A stretch of DNA of 63,407 bases, counting the filler, from Rhabdomonas costata (Eukaryota): assembly GCA_019059605.1 (NCBI GenBank). It is 57 parts of 57 records of this genome, joined end to end, with 100 filler letters (N's around TTAATTAATTAA, not from the genome) between each part and the next. Parts side by side here need not be neighbours in the genome. Positions count along the whole stretch, not along the records: positions 23,399 to 24,412 come from JAHMHO010033507.1; positions 24,513 to 25,527 come from JAHMHO010033508.1; positions 25,628 to 26,642 come from JAHMHO010033509.1; positions 26,743 to 27,756 come from JAHMHO010033510.1; positions 27,857 to 28,870 come from JAHMHO010033511.1; positions 28,971 to 29,984 come from JAHMHO010033512.1; positions 30,085 to 31,098 come from JAHMHO010033513.1; positions 31,199 to 32,212 come from JAHMHO010033514.1; 49 more parts are not named here. One strand, written 5' to 3'. Shown here piece after piece: positions 23,867-36,782 of the stretch (position 1 is the stretch's first letter; every line of letters begins with the position of its first letter). The notes beneath the pieces were generated by a model that was not told where the DNA came from, made no database searches, and saw only the letters and a list, made by a program, of their open reading frames with translations. Both the position numbers and the translations under genes were made by a program.

Positions 23867-25725
23867 GTATGTGTGCGTGCGTGCGGCTCAACTGACACGT
23901 TTGCGTTTGGGTCGCGAGTGTTTCTTTTGATAACTAAATCTCTAAATCTCATCCTGGTTTTTGAACGTCGGGCCCCGTTTATTGAGTAGGCTCAAGGGAC
24001 ACCCTAATGGGGTATTGCTTGCCTGATTTTTTTGAGGTCTCTCGCTAGCATGGATTCTGACGCAAAAGCCTGGGTGAATCCTTGGTGCCTGCGTGCATTT
24101 TTTTGTGCAGGCAAAAAAAGGTGCTGCAAAATGGCGCCACTCTGGAGTACTGCCATTTCACCCAATATAAGCCCCGGCCACGCTCCTATTTCGGATGTGA
24201 TCCCTACTAACAAATGAACTGGTGCCAGTCAAGGGGAGAAAGGTCAGGTGAGCACAGCCCGAAGCACACCGAGAATAGCAAAATAAAAGCTCTTTTTTTG
24301 CCAGCAGCCGAACCAGTTTTGTCTCTTGAAAGCTTGATGTAACCCAAACCAAACAATGGCTTGGCGTTTGTGCTCATGTGCACACCGTGATGGTGTTCCC
24401 TCAGGTATGTAANNNNNNNNNNNNNNNNNNNNNNNNNNNNNNNNNNNNNNNNNNNNTTAATTAATTAANNNNNNNNNNNNNNNNNNNNNNNNNNNNNNNN
24501 NNNNNNNNNNNNGGGTTTTTGGGTGACCCAGGTGTGCTCTGGTGCACAAGGCGCTTTCAGCTCCAAATGTCAGGCGGAACACCAGATGGGTGCATCACTA
24601 CTCTGGTTTCCATGGGGTTCCCCGGCAGATGTTTTCACCGTGTTATGGTTTTCTGCCCAACGACGTCACTTCCCTTCCAGTTTCAAATTAATACATGCCT
24701 TTTAACACAGTCAGTCCACGCGTCTCTTGTGATTTTTTTTCCTCGAAGTGCTCTTGTAAGATTTGTTTCTGGCCGTTTTTTGTTTTCTCACCACTTGAGA
24801 GAAGCTGAGGCGAGAGGATTTCAAGGGATGCCTTCCTTGGACTACGTCACCTTCTGCCCCCCTCCAGGTTTTCAAGCTGTCCGCTGTGTCGCTCTGGGTG
24901 GGTGTGATGGGTATTCCTCCGGGACTTGATCTGAACCTTAATAGTTCTTCGCTTCAGGCGAATGTGCTGTTCTTTTTCCTGCAGTTGCCCATAATTTGTA
25001 CCATGCACTCCATGTTTTCCTTTTCTTTTTGGCCCTGAAACATTGTACAAGAGGAATCGACATTCCACATGTTCACAAATTCGAAGTCGGAGATTGAAAA
25101 GAAAGTGCCTCACAATGCAAATCACCGCAACCCCGTCTTTTTCCTTTCGCCTGCACCACTTTATCGTTGCAGCGTTTTGTCTCGTGCATCGCCGCAGAGT
25201 TTCAGTCACCTGAAGCTGTGCCAGAGCCCACGTACACCACAAATGCAGCGGAGCTCTCGCAGCGATTAGTCACTCTGGAGAATGGTTCGCAACACATACG
25301 CACACAGATGGAAAGAGGTAGCTGCGCGACAAAGGCTTGGGACCCGTGGGGTAGGTGAGGGCACCGACCTCCAACAGCTAGTCAGGCAAAAGCCAGCGTG
25401 CTAGGCGCCCAACACACACACACACACACACACACACCAACAACCAAGCAACCAGTCACCCAGGCAACAGCCAGCGCGCAATGCGCCCAACACACACATT
25501 CACGTGCACACACACACACACAACAAANNNNNNNNNNNNNNNNNNNNNNNNNNNNNNNNNNNNNNNNNNNNTTAATTAATTAANNNNNNNNNNNNNNNNN
25601 NNNNNNNNNNNNNNNNNNNNNNNNNNNTTTTGTTGGTTTTGAAGACAGAACAACTGCAGAAGTGTGTGGGAGAGTTTTTTTACATCCCTCTTCCTTGTAG
25701 GTTCTGCTTGCCTTCCCGCGCGTAG

Positions 25726-26239
25726 GCTGAGAAGCAGCGGGCAGCGCTGGAGGTGTACCGGCGGCAGATGGAGCAGGTCCGCTCGTACGTCGAGCAGCTG
25801 CACTCCGTATACACCGCCGCCCAGGCAATGTTCCTGTCCTCTTTGCAGCAGCGCAGATTTGTGTGTTTGTGGGATGAAGCAACTGAGGAATGGGAAACTC
25901 CGGAAGGGGGGAACCGCGGCACACTGTGCATCGCCCCCAGTTTTCTGAGGGATGCAAGCGGAAATCAGAAGCTACAATCCTGCCAATCACCACAGCACAT
26001 CACTATACACAAACGGTTCGCAAAGGATAGAGGTCGAAAATATGTCGCCAACTGCCTCCATAAAGAATGGGGGGAGTCAGGTTACATTCTTGCCCTCCGA
26101 ATTGGTGCAAGAGATACACCCCCACACACACACAAACCTGCCATCCTCTCATTGTCCTTATTGTCCTTCTTTGCGCAGAGCTTCTCCGCGGAGGTGGCTC
26201 CGTTTCTGGGCAAGACCAGCAGCTCACTGCATCAGCTTG
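25726..26239 (+). CDS. Helical/coiled-coil protein, two exons joined by a candidate GC-AG intron
   Basis: GC3-rich exon 25726-25824 (AEKQRAALEVYRRQMEQVRSYVEQLHSVYTAAQ) ends CAG|GCaatg. Next exon 26179-26239 follows ccttctttgcgcAG and ends G|GTatgc. Confidence 0.55.
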
Positions 26240-27244
26240 GTATGCGCGTACACCCTGTAGCTCAGCAAATACTTCTATATACGTCCTGATCAGCAGAGAC
26301 TATTTTCTTCTGACTGCGGCGGTTGTTGTTTTGGTGGAAACTTCCCGCGGCTTCTACGGCCGCACTAAATCAAATGAAAACGGATCACGTGGCAACCTCC
26401 CAGTTCCTGACCAGAAAGTTTGGGGGATCATGAGCACCACATCGATTGGGTCCTCATGGTGCGCTGATTGCTTTGGGGTTAGGAAGGAGGAGGGGGGGTG
26501 TCGGTTGCAGTGGAGACAGAGGGATGACCTGCAGCGAAAGAATGAAGAAATATACCAGCACCCTGGTGGAAGGAAGAAACATATGAATCCGCCGTCCAAT
26601 AAACGCTCCAATGAACACTCCAATGAACAGTAGAGGAAAAAANNNNNNNNNNNNNNNNNNNNNNNNNNNNNNNNNNNNNNNNNNNNTTAATTAATTAANN
26701 NNNNNNNNNNNNNNNNNNNNNNNNNNNNNNNNNNNNNNNNNNGGGGTGTTGGTGACAGCAATGAACTCACGGAAGGAGTGTGCGAAGTTTGCCACGCGGG
26801 TGCTCGCTAGAACGCTAGAGCGCACCAGCGTGGCAAACGCGCTGGTTCCGGGTAACACCTCATCGCCGTGCATTCCACATGCGGTGACCTTTCCCAGGGG
26901 TTCTGCCCCACGGGTTCTGGGGGCACTGATTCACGTTGGCGGTTGTAGTCTTCTTGTTCACGATGGCCTGCTTCTTCCACTGCCTGCTGGCTTCAGAGAT
27001 CACTTCCCTAGCTCATCGCTCGGTATGAGGAAATCGGCACCGTCGGTACTTGCACGCCGTCTCGCGCAGAGATGCGCGTGTGGAAATATGACTACAGTCA
27101 CTTAGTGTGTTCATAAAAAACCTTATTGGAAGCCGAACGCGAACAGGGTACTTATCTCTCTCGTTGACAAGGCGGATAATACGCTCCTGCTAAAAAGGGT
27201 TGGTGCGCACCCATGCACACACAAACAGAAACACAAGCACATAC

Positions 27245-27529
27245 CATCGAACTTAACTTTCAGGTTGGACCAAATCCCAGATTCTTCCGGAGAGCAAGGC
27301 TTTGCGAAAGCTTTACTCTGGACCACAGGGGGGCCCTGCTCGGGTCCAATCTCCCACCGGTATTGCTCGTTGGGGTTATTCCTGTGCAACACTTTAATTC
27401 GCAGCCATAGGGATTCCTTCTCTCGGCCCTGGTACTGGTACACCGAGAGGTAAGGGCAGAGCTCCACCGCATCGTAGATGCCGTTGACGGCCCCTTCCCC
27501 GCCCGAAACATTGACAGCCTTCGCAAAAC
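27245..27529 (-). CDS. Internal exon of an unknown protein (V.G..G.VNG.Y...W.I...PP...W pattern)
   Basis: Bounded by catAG and GTatgt, open frame, globular composition. Confidence 0.5.
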
Positions 27530-29175
27530 CTATGCGGAATAGCACCCCCCCTCCTCGCCAGCCAGGGTATGCTGCAGATGCAACTTCCACTCGGCATCCT
27601 ACTTGTTAGTCTGTATCTACCTAAAGTGTCACTTTATGTTCACACATCGCCGTTATAGCGAAGTTCTCGGTTTCCGTCGTTGCCTGACATACGGCAGGCG
27701 AATCTACGGCACGAGCTGAAACTCCGGTTCAATCCTTTCCGCTAAAAAATAACTTTNNNNNNNNNNNNNNNNNNNNNNNNNNNNNNNNNNNNNNNNNNNN
27801 TTAATTAATTAANNNNNNNNNNNNNNNNNNNNNNNNNNNNNNNNNNNNNNNNNNNNGTTGGGTGGTGAGGGATTTTCGGTTGGTGGGGCTGGTGGCCATC
27901 TTGCTGGGAGGGTGCAGGTTAATGGGTAGTGCGGTGTTAGGTTCATGGGTTCTGTTTCGGTCTCTGCGCCGTTCGTTTTGGGTTTCTGCCACCGAGTTCG
28001 GCGGAATGCCTCCAGGACGCACTGCCCCAGGATCTCCATGTCGACTTGCCGTTCCCCAGCCTACCGTTCCGGCGCGTTCCAATGACCCTGAACCCCAAGA
28101 ATTTGTGGTCAGTTTTCCGCCGCCGTCGGCTTAAGCACCTAAACGGTTGAGATTTGGTTCCCCGCCCGTGCCCACGTAACCAAAAAACCGGAAGTTTCAT
28201 TTATGCACCGGAAAAGCCGGGAAATTAGCACCAACGTGGGTCTATGGATGTGTCGGCCCACCCTTCTGCCCGACCACTTCCCTGTCCCGGTGGGTTCACA
28301 GGACAGCGGGTTCACACCGCGTCCCAAACGCCTGAGACGGCGTTGGGCGCCGGGGCACACCTTGGGTTAAACGAAGTACCTGGCTGATTACGCTCAAGTC
28401 CTTACGCGGCGCGGGGTGGGGTCCTTTGCGACTTGGCTTTCTCTTCCTTCTGGTATGGCGGGCCATGAAGTTGCGAGGGTGCGGACGCTTAACTCCAAAA
28501 CCCAACCCTCTCGGCAAATAGCCTGCGTGTAAGCCGCCCTTCTGCGTGGAGGGTGTGCTTTCGACTGCCCGATGCCTTGCTTTACTTTGGCTTCGTCCCT
28601 TCTAACAAACCCCTTCTGTGGGTGTGGATGTTTCCTTTGGCCTTTCACAGCTTTCCCCTATTCCCGGTTTGTGTGAGAGGCAAGGCGAGCACAGCAACAG
28701 CCAAACAGTACGAAACAAGGCAGGTCTAGCCAAACACCGCACGAATTACGATACACAGCTCCACCGCCCAAAACTTCACAAAACCACTTGCGCGGCACCC
28801 TGCAAACTCAACCGCGACAACCAAACCCCCAAAAAAATGCAAGAAGAAAGATTTTAAACACACCCACCACNNNNNNNNNNNNNNNNNNNNNNNNNNNNNN
28901 NNNNNNNNNNNNNNTTAATTAATTAANNNNNNNNNNNNNNNNNNNNNNNNNNNNNNNNNNNNNNNNNNNNTGTGGGTTTGTCAGAAAATCTTTGCGTTTT
29001 GTACATATAAACGTGGGCTCATATCTGGGACCGGGCGGTGAAGTTTTTGAGGAAGTATTTGAAGTGAACCAACGAGAAAGGCCAGGCCACGATGCTGCCG
29101 TGAACATGAATTCTGAAAGGGCTTGGGTTGCCTTTTCTTTCCCGGTTTTGTTGCTCATTGTGGTTACGACTACAG

Positions 29176-29360
29176 GGGATCTGAAGAATGAGGAGGCTGC
29201 GCTGCTGGTATGCGGAGCGGAGGGCCGGCCCGTGGTGCGTCTGGACCGGGTGGCCGCCCGTATGTGCAGCAGTGTGGAGGAGCTGTTCGAGGACAAGAAG
29301 AACACCCCGGAGTTCGTGCCTCTGGTGGAGGCCCTGGTCTCGGAGCTCAGCCAGATGGAG
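29176..29360 (+). CDS. Internal exon of an unknown protein
   Basis: Bounded by tacAG and GTcggc with strong GC3 bias (DLKNEEAALLV...LVSELSQME). Confidence 0.6.
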
Positions 29361-31209
29361 GTCGGCCTGCCCCCTCTTTCCACACCTGAGATATGGCGAG
29401 GTTTACCTACCGGGGTACCGTTCTTTGGTGATCCATTTGCATACATACTTTCTGCTTTCACGAAGCTGAACGAGGCTGAACAAGTAATTTTTTGTGTGAC
29501 ACTAGTGCAGAATTTAGGCAGTCAGAACAGCACCCAGACAACGCGGGCTGATACCCACAAAGAATTTCGCGGACCAAGCTTCATATTTGCGCTGCGTGAA
29601 GCCTGTTACAGCTGAAAAACCTCTACATGCCAATGTCGACCAGAACATTTGCAAGCGTTGATGGTCCCTATGCCCCCACATTTGCGAATTTGCATGGATA
29701 AGCGCAGCATTGCCTTCATTTACAACCATAGATCTTGTTCCATTGGTCCCAGCGTTCGCTCACTCATCCAAAGTGAAGTGGAGGTTCATTTACATCATGG
29801 AACCGCGAGAAAAAGCGATGAAGCTTTTCGTTGGGCACCTCTATTCTTCCAACGCCCACGCCCTCTCAGCTGACGAAGCGCAAAGCCTCCACCACTGAGT
29901 CCACCTCCGCGCCACCCCCATCCTGGAAGACCCTCGACCTCTCCTCAGTCACCGGAGGAGGAGGCGCTCCTTCCCTCGCCATCGNNNNNNNNNNNNNNNN
30001 NNNNNNNNNNNNNNNNNNNNNNNNNNNNTTAATTAATTAANNNNNNNNNNNNNNNNNNNNNNNNNNNNNNNNNNNNNNNNNNNNGTTGGTTCAGAGTCCG
30101 CCAAACGATTTTATTTTTATTACATGCCTTGCCCTCTTGTTGTTGCTTCCGTCCAAATCCTCGTGGTGAGATTGTGCCGTGGAGGCTGCTGCTTTCGAAT
30201 GTTTGGTTGTCTTTTTAGTCATATGCTCTCTCAGGGGGGTGAGAGCGGTTGTGAGCAATCGAAAGCTTTCCGGCAAGTGCAAAACGAGGGGAGTGGTTTC
30301 CCTCGAACGTGCGCTGGATCAGAGGGGATGCGTCGTTGGCTGGAGGGGAACGACTAACGAACGACGTCGAGATTCAAGCGTCTTTCGTGCTGCGTTACAC
30401 TTCTGTATTAGATACCAATAATCGTGTTTGAACCTTTGGGTTGTATGACCTGATGGAGGAAAAGGAGGGTGGGTGTGGGGTGCTTATTTGTGTTTCTTAT
30501 TTTGTGTACCAGTGTTGTTGTGGTTCTGAACATCTCGTCCTGACATGATGGTTGTGGTCATTTTCTATTCTTGTCTTTCTTTGCGCACGAAAAAATTGCA
30601 TTGATTTTTTTTTGGGGGGTCTGCAGTCTGAAAACCTGGGTTGTTTGTCTTCCCTTGAGTCAGAGATTGGATTGGAAAGTGCTGAGGGGATTGCCACATG
30701 AATATTCGAAACTTCTTGGTTGTCCCTGGGAGATTACCATTTCCCAATTACTACACCTCCGCTCAAAACTCATTTCAATGAATCAGAGATCTGTCAGACA
30801 TCCAATTAGATGGGAAGAGGGAAAGAGGGAAGTTTTCTTCTTCTCCTACTCCTTCTTCGGACATGCAGCCTTTGGTCCAGTTTGCCTTCTGCGCATCAAA
30901 TGCCTGTGCACTACGTTCACTCGCCGTACTCCTGCGAAGGTGAGTGTTTCTGTCGTTGCTGTTTTTGCACTGTCGTTGTTAGCTTTTTCCACGTGGGTGA
31001 TTAATACTGTAATCGCTGTAGCCACTGGTGGGTTTTTATAGAGGCGTGTTTTGATGTTTCCTTCCTGACCTGGATTACAGTATTAATCACCCACAAACNN
31101 NNNNNNNNNNNNNNNNNNNNNNNNNNNNNNNNNNNNNNNNNNTTAATTAATTAANNNNNNNNNNNNNNNNNNNNNNNNNNNNNNNNNNNNNNNNNNNNTT
31201 GTTTTTTGC

Positions 31210-32212
31210 ACTAACGGGGGCTGGCACGACCTAGACCACATCTACGCCAGGCGGGACGTGACCACAGCGGCACCTACCTGCACCGCATGGCCTGGAGTAT
31301 AGCAGCGGCTCATTGACTTTGTGCTGACCAACGCGGTGATGATCAGCGCCTGACAGGACTTTGCCGTCATCGAAGACACCGGGATGCCAACCAACAAGCC
31401 GCTGAGCGTTATCTTCTCGCTGCAGGAATTCGCCCGCCGTGCCATCCGACCTCGCCGTACGTTGGCATTTCAAACTCTACCGCCGCAGCCGACCCAATGA
31501 CCGCATGGGCCCCTGTTGCCCAGGCCTGGGAGGCCGCCCTGTCACTCCCAGGTATTCCGGACATAGATGCCGTATGGGCTGCTTCCGCACCGCGGCGGAA
31601 AACTACTTCATGGCGCAGCATGACGACCACCTGCACCGCCAGCCCAAACGATACTGCGGCCGGGACTCCTACGCGGCACCACGTATTGCCCCGATGGTCG
31701 CCACGCAATGGCGCTGTGACATTTCGGGGGCCATCACCCAACGGCTGGTCCGACTGCTCCAGCTGGTCAGACGCCTGGAGGTCTACTACTAGATCCTCCT
31801 GGACAGGTAGCTCTGTCCTGGACCCTCACTCACCCGTAATTGCGCCGCTGGCGCCTCATCCGCGCATCCGCCGTGGCCATGCTGACACCAGAGCTGAGAT
31901 GGACCGCCACCCTCTGGGACACCGACCACCATCCACATGGCTAACTAATTCCCACCCTCGACCCACTCTCGACATGCTCTGGGTTCATGGCTCCCGGGTC
32001 GCCTGTACGCTCGCACCTGCGGCAGCGATGCTGCAGCGCGCCCTGACGGATCCATCAACGGCTGATCCGTCTGAGATGGACGCACTTCTGTGTGCTGCAT
32101 TTGAGGCCATCTTATTACATCCTACATCATGGCAGCCCACGCCCTCACAGCCGCCGAGCTGCGCACGACACTTCAGCGCCAGTCCCCCACACACAGCCTG
32201 TGGATCCGACGG
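31210..32212 (+). mobile_element. Degenerate non-LTR retrotransposon fragment (C-terminal part of an APE-type endonuclease plus downstream linker)
   Basis: Frame from 31210 reads GWHDL...APTC...GV*QRLIDFVLTN...SA*QDFAVIEDTGMPTNKPLSVIF, resembling the APE RID.vl and terminal (SD/PT)H.P motifs. In-frame stops at 31300 and 31351; no intron signals. Confidence 0.65.
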
Positions 32213-33425
32213 NNNNNNNNNNNNNNNNNNNNNNNNNNNNNNNNNNNNNNNNNNNNTTAATTAATTAANNNNNNNNNNNNNNNNNNNNNNNNNNNNNNNN
32301 NNNNNNNNNNNNTGTGGGTTTGGGTTGGGTGTTTCCCCGACCCATTGCAGGGGCAGTCCTCAGGTGTTGGGAGAGCCTCGGGAGAGGGAAATTGGGGTCA
32401 TGAAACCCAGGAATACGGGTACCCAGGTATGCTCTGAATTACAGTAGCCTCCTGAATCACCCCCCTTCCCGTTATAGTACCCATCATGCCAAATTGGCGA
32501 AGCAACCGAAAGGGAACGATTCGGGGCAACCCCAGGTGCAAGTGTGATACACATCCGCAGCACGGATGCATCCTTGGGTGTATGCATGCATTGGTTTATC
32601 GCACGACTCACAGTCACCGCGGTCTCCAAAGCTGAATAAATAATCCGCAAATTCACAGAAGTGTGCATCGGAAAGTGAACATACTTGTGGACGGTGTCTC
32701 TGACGTCGAAATAGCCTGAATCCGTGGATATCCCATGGGCCGGAGCAAATTCCCGAACAAACGACTCGTAAGCTTGCTTGGCGACAACGTCCTGGAAAAC
32801 CAGAAATCAGACAAAATGGGAACCCATCATACCAAAAAAAAAGCCCTTTTGTACAACTCATCGTCGCTCCCCCCACTCTCCAGGAAGCCGAACTGTTCCG
32901 GCACCCCCTATAACTTCCCCAATGGTACTTCAGACCGCGGCAGCAACAGCAGCAAGGACACCAGATAAGTGGTTTGGTGGGAGACAGCACAAACGAAACT
33001 CTGATCAGGGTCGTGTATTATCCTCAATCCTCAATCGGCCCTATTTCACTGATCCACCCACGAATCAGCTTGGAAAGGGTACAGGCCACAGGAGATGATC
33101 GTCCTATTTGCTGTGCGACATGCAAAAAAAAACGGCAGCATTTACGCGTGCGCACACACACAATAGATTCAAGGTTCGCTCTCATTCACCAACCCACTCA
33201 CTCAATCATTCACCCCAACGACGAAGAACACAAGAAAAAGGTATGCAATGCAAATGGAAAGAAAAAAATTGACAAAAACATAGCACACCTCACCATCCCA
33301 ACCATCGTGCAGCCTCCCACCACCCNNNNNNNNNNNNNNNNNNNNNNNNNNNNNNNNNNNNNNNNNNNNTTAATTAATTAANNNNNNNNNNNNNNNNNNN
33401 NNNNNNNNNNNNNNNNNNNNNNNNN

Positions 33426-34113
33426 GTTTGTGGTGGTCGAGGCTGGAGTAAAGGTCACTGTGGGAGGCCCGGGGATGGCCGGGATTGATCCGCAGCGTGT
33501 CGAAGAACTGCAGGGTGCCGTTGACCGTTCCGAGCTGCAGCACCGGAGTCTCGGGCCGGATCTCCGCCGCATCACCCCCAGCGCTGTAGGCCCCACAGGA
33601 CCACTCCCAATCACTGCCGTTGTCGCGGTAAGCGTCGAAGAAGGCAAAGGTCTTCTCCGGGACGGGGCTCATGGGCTCCCAGTAGGCCTGCCAGCAGCCC
33701 CCAACGGAGATGTTTGGGGGGAGCGTCACACACTGCGGCACAGCGAGCAGCTGCGAGGTCACCACGACCGCGTCCGGGCTCAGCACCAGACTCGTGGTGT
33801 TGGGCAGCACGGTGATCATGTCCAGCATCACGGAGCCCGTGGTGAGGTTGACGCTGACTTGGCTCAGGGCAGAGTCCTTCACCAGCACGTACGAGTCGCG
33901 GCCTGTGATGGACAGGGCTCCGGGGGAGCTGTGCCGGGGGTTGTTCCAGGCCACCTCGAGGTAAACGTCGTCCAGCACGAAGGAGAGCCGGGAGGCCAGC
34001 CCGGCGCTGACCTGCACGAAGCAGTAGCCAGTCTCCCCCGACCGGCTTTCGGGCATCGGCAGCACCACCAGCCTCCCGGGAAAAGCAAGGATCCGGCTGC
34101 TGCTCTGCTTGTC
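33426..34113 (-). CDS. Large exon (about 230 codons) of an unknown beta-rich, probably extracellular protein
   Basis: Acceptor ttctcAG, very strong GC3 bias, several N-X-S/T sequons (NLT, NTT, NIS, NGS, NGT); open to contig end. Confidence 0.75.
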
Positions 34114-34539
34114 CTGAGAAAGGCAAGCAAGTGGAAACTGCAAACTATGGTGAGGGAGAGAAACGCTGGGGAACTACTGCGTGCCGGAGGTGTGTAGGCA
34201 AACCCCTTCTGCGATGGAAAGCACGAAAAGCATTCGCAAATCCATGCGCCTTCCGGGACAGTTGCCAGCCTCCTCCTACAGCACGCATATTCCCAGCCTT
34301 GCATCGAAACAGCCTGCAATAGGAGGCCATGACGAGCACCCTCAGGCTCTCGGCAGTTCAAATGCCGACTTGGCCGAGATATTCCGTGCTTCCATACCAT
34401 AGGCTGCAGCCCGGCCTACTGGCCTGGCCACACAAACAANNNNNNNNNNNNNNNNNNNNNNNNNNNNNNNNNNNNNNNNNNNNTTAATTAATTAANNNNN
34501 NNNNNNNNNNNNNNNNNNNNNNNNNNNNNNNNNNNNNNN

Positions 34540-34907
34540 AGAGTTCCGAATATTTTCCTTTTGCCCATACTGTTGTGTCCGGAGTGCGTGATGTGTCCCC
34601 CGGACAGCCGTTGGGGTTAGTATGGTTGCTTCTTTCTGGTTTGGAGAAGGAGCTATTGGGGCTTGGTTCATCTTCATCTCTGTGTCATGCGTGTGGTGTG
34701 GTGAGTCTGGATTATGCTCATTCCCCTCCGCAGCATGCCCTGCTGTCGTTTGGGTTCATCCTCAGCGATGGCAGCCCCCAATAGCTCCGTCTCCAGATAG
34801 TGTACGAGAGTTCCCAATATTTTCCTTTTGCCCATACTGTTGTGTCCGGAGTGCGTGATGCGTCCCCCGAACAGCCGTTGGGGTTAGTATGGTTGCTTCT
34901 TTCTGGT
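34540..34907. repeat. 101-bp direct repeat pair (34540-34640 and 34807-34907), 3 mismatches, period 267
   Basis: Direct base-by-base comparison. Confidence 0.9.
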
Positions 34908-35860
34908 CTGCTTTCTTCTCTCTAGTCTCCTTCTCCTCACTTACACCTTCAGAACAAACTGAACTTCGGTCTGCTCTCTGTAGCTGGGCTTTCCCGGGGG
35001 CTTCCTTCCCTCAGAAATCCACGGCTTCTTCATTCTACCGCGAAACCCTTGCCTCACCCAAGCCGGGCGTGCTGAAGTCCCCCGTTGCCACGGCATCGGC
35101 GGCGTCCAGCTCCTCCGGCCCTTCTGCACTCAATCCTCATTGCACCTCCACACTGCCCAGTGACGGCGCCAACCTACCTGCGACGCCAAGCGTGGAGCTT
35201 GGCTCGGGTTCTAGTGCGCCGATTGATGTCGATCAGCCCGCTCCCATCCCTGCCGCGCCTCTCGCCCCACCAGCTACGCTGAGGCCCTCCCCTTGCAGGA
35301 CTCCTGCCTCTCGTATGCGCTGCCTTCTCGTAATCTCTTCAGTTCAGATTACGATAGTTTGCCCCTTGTACCCCCTCCCTTCCGTGGACGAATATCATGT
35401 ATGGCGATAAGGTGCCGGGATGTTCATTCAACCCTAGTGTATCTCTCAACTGGAGAGTGCCGAAAAGAACGCCTTCTCATCTCCCAAAATTTATGTCGAT
35501 CATTGCCGATGCTTTCCTTTACCTTGGGCTTGGGTTTTGATAAGAGAAAGAAGNNNNNNNNNNNNNNNNNNNNNNNNNNNNNNNNNNNNNNNNNNNNTTA
35601 ATTAATTAANNNNNNNNNNNNNNNNNNNNNNNNNNNNNNNNNNNNNNNNNNNNGGTGTTGTGGAGGGAAGCGGTCCAGTCGCTCTAGGCCTTGGCTCACC
35701 TGCTGCCTGTCTTCGCCGACCAACGGCTGTTTGCTCGGTGCTGTATGTAACTATGTGAGTGGGAGTCAGCTCTTTGGGGTTGGGGGCTTGCCACTACCTC
35801 CCGCAGATGTGACGTCACCGCCCAGCGAGGAGGGGCCTTTCCCTCTCCCCTTCCCTACAG

Positions 35861-36110
35861 TTTGTTGGCCGAGGGCTCGCCGGCAGAGATCCTGCAGCAC
35901 ACTGCCCGGCCTACTTTGGAAGCGGCCTTTCTGGCGCTGTGCAGCCAGGAGGTTCTGAGCCCGACCGAGCCCATGCCTGAAGCGGGCGCCGCGCCGTCCT
36001 TCTTCTTTTCCCCACCAGCGGCCGCTGTGGCGGCGTCGAGGGACGCCTCCCCAGGGGCTGCAGTGCTTCCCGCCGTGGTGCTGGAGGACCACAGCACGGA
36101 CGTCATTGAG
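35861..36110 (+). CDS. ABC transporter exon (end of ATPase domain; ABC-2/ABCH/ABCA-like)
   Basis: LLAEGSPAEILQHTARPTLEAAFLALC matches the post-NBD 'G.llAEGSP..L....sLE..FL.L' motif. Bounded by cctacAG and GTgcgg. Confidence 0.72.
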
Positions 36111-36782
36111 GTGCGGGTGCTTGACGGGTCGGCTGTCGACTCACCTTGCCCTCCTCCCTCCCCTCCGCCCCCTCTCCCACACTCAGGCGCAGATTTGTCG
36201 GTTCCTTCGATAGTGACGTTTGCTTCACCGATGGACCTCTGTTGGGGCAGGCATCGGCGGCGTAGTGCTCACTCCCTCGACACTAAAGAGCTTTCATCTC
36301 TTCCCCTTGAGATGAAAGATCCCGGGCCATACATCTTATACGTTGATGATTACGATCAAAATAAAAGCTGAAAATCTCAAAAAAAAAAAAAATCCCAAAA
36401 AACAATTGGTTAATGATTCCCCGTCCCTTCCATTGTTGGACAAAGTCTGCGCAGATTGCGTGGGAATGACTTTTCGAGGACATTAGGGTGATACGGAAGA
36501 GGAAGACAATTTTAGCGCTAATTATGCCTAAGTATGCCTATTTTTTGGCTATTTTTGGCCGAAATTAACCATTGTGTCAATTCTTTTGGAGACTGCACAA
36601 GCGAGCAAGGGGAGGTCACGATGCAGGAAAAAAATTTGACACAATGGTTAATTTCGGCCAAAACAAANNNNNNNNNNNNNNNNNNNNNNNNNNNNNNNNN
36701 NNNNNNNNNNNTTAATTAATTAANNNNNNNNNNNNNNNNNNNNNNNNNNNNNNNNNNNNNNNNNNNNGGGGGTGGTTTTGTC

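Noticed and set aside
24560..24625. UBA-like phrase ITTLVSMGFP
   Set aside because: Too short, and no convincing continuation exon.
33430..34197. Long plus-strand 255-aa ORF (and similar antisense ORFs such as 36962-37690)
   Set aside because: Shadow ORFs produced by GC3-rich coding sequence on the opposite strand.
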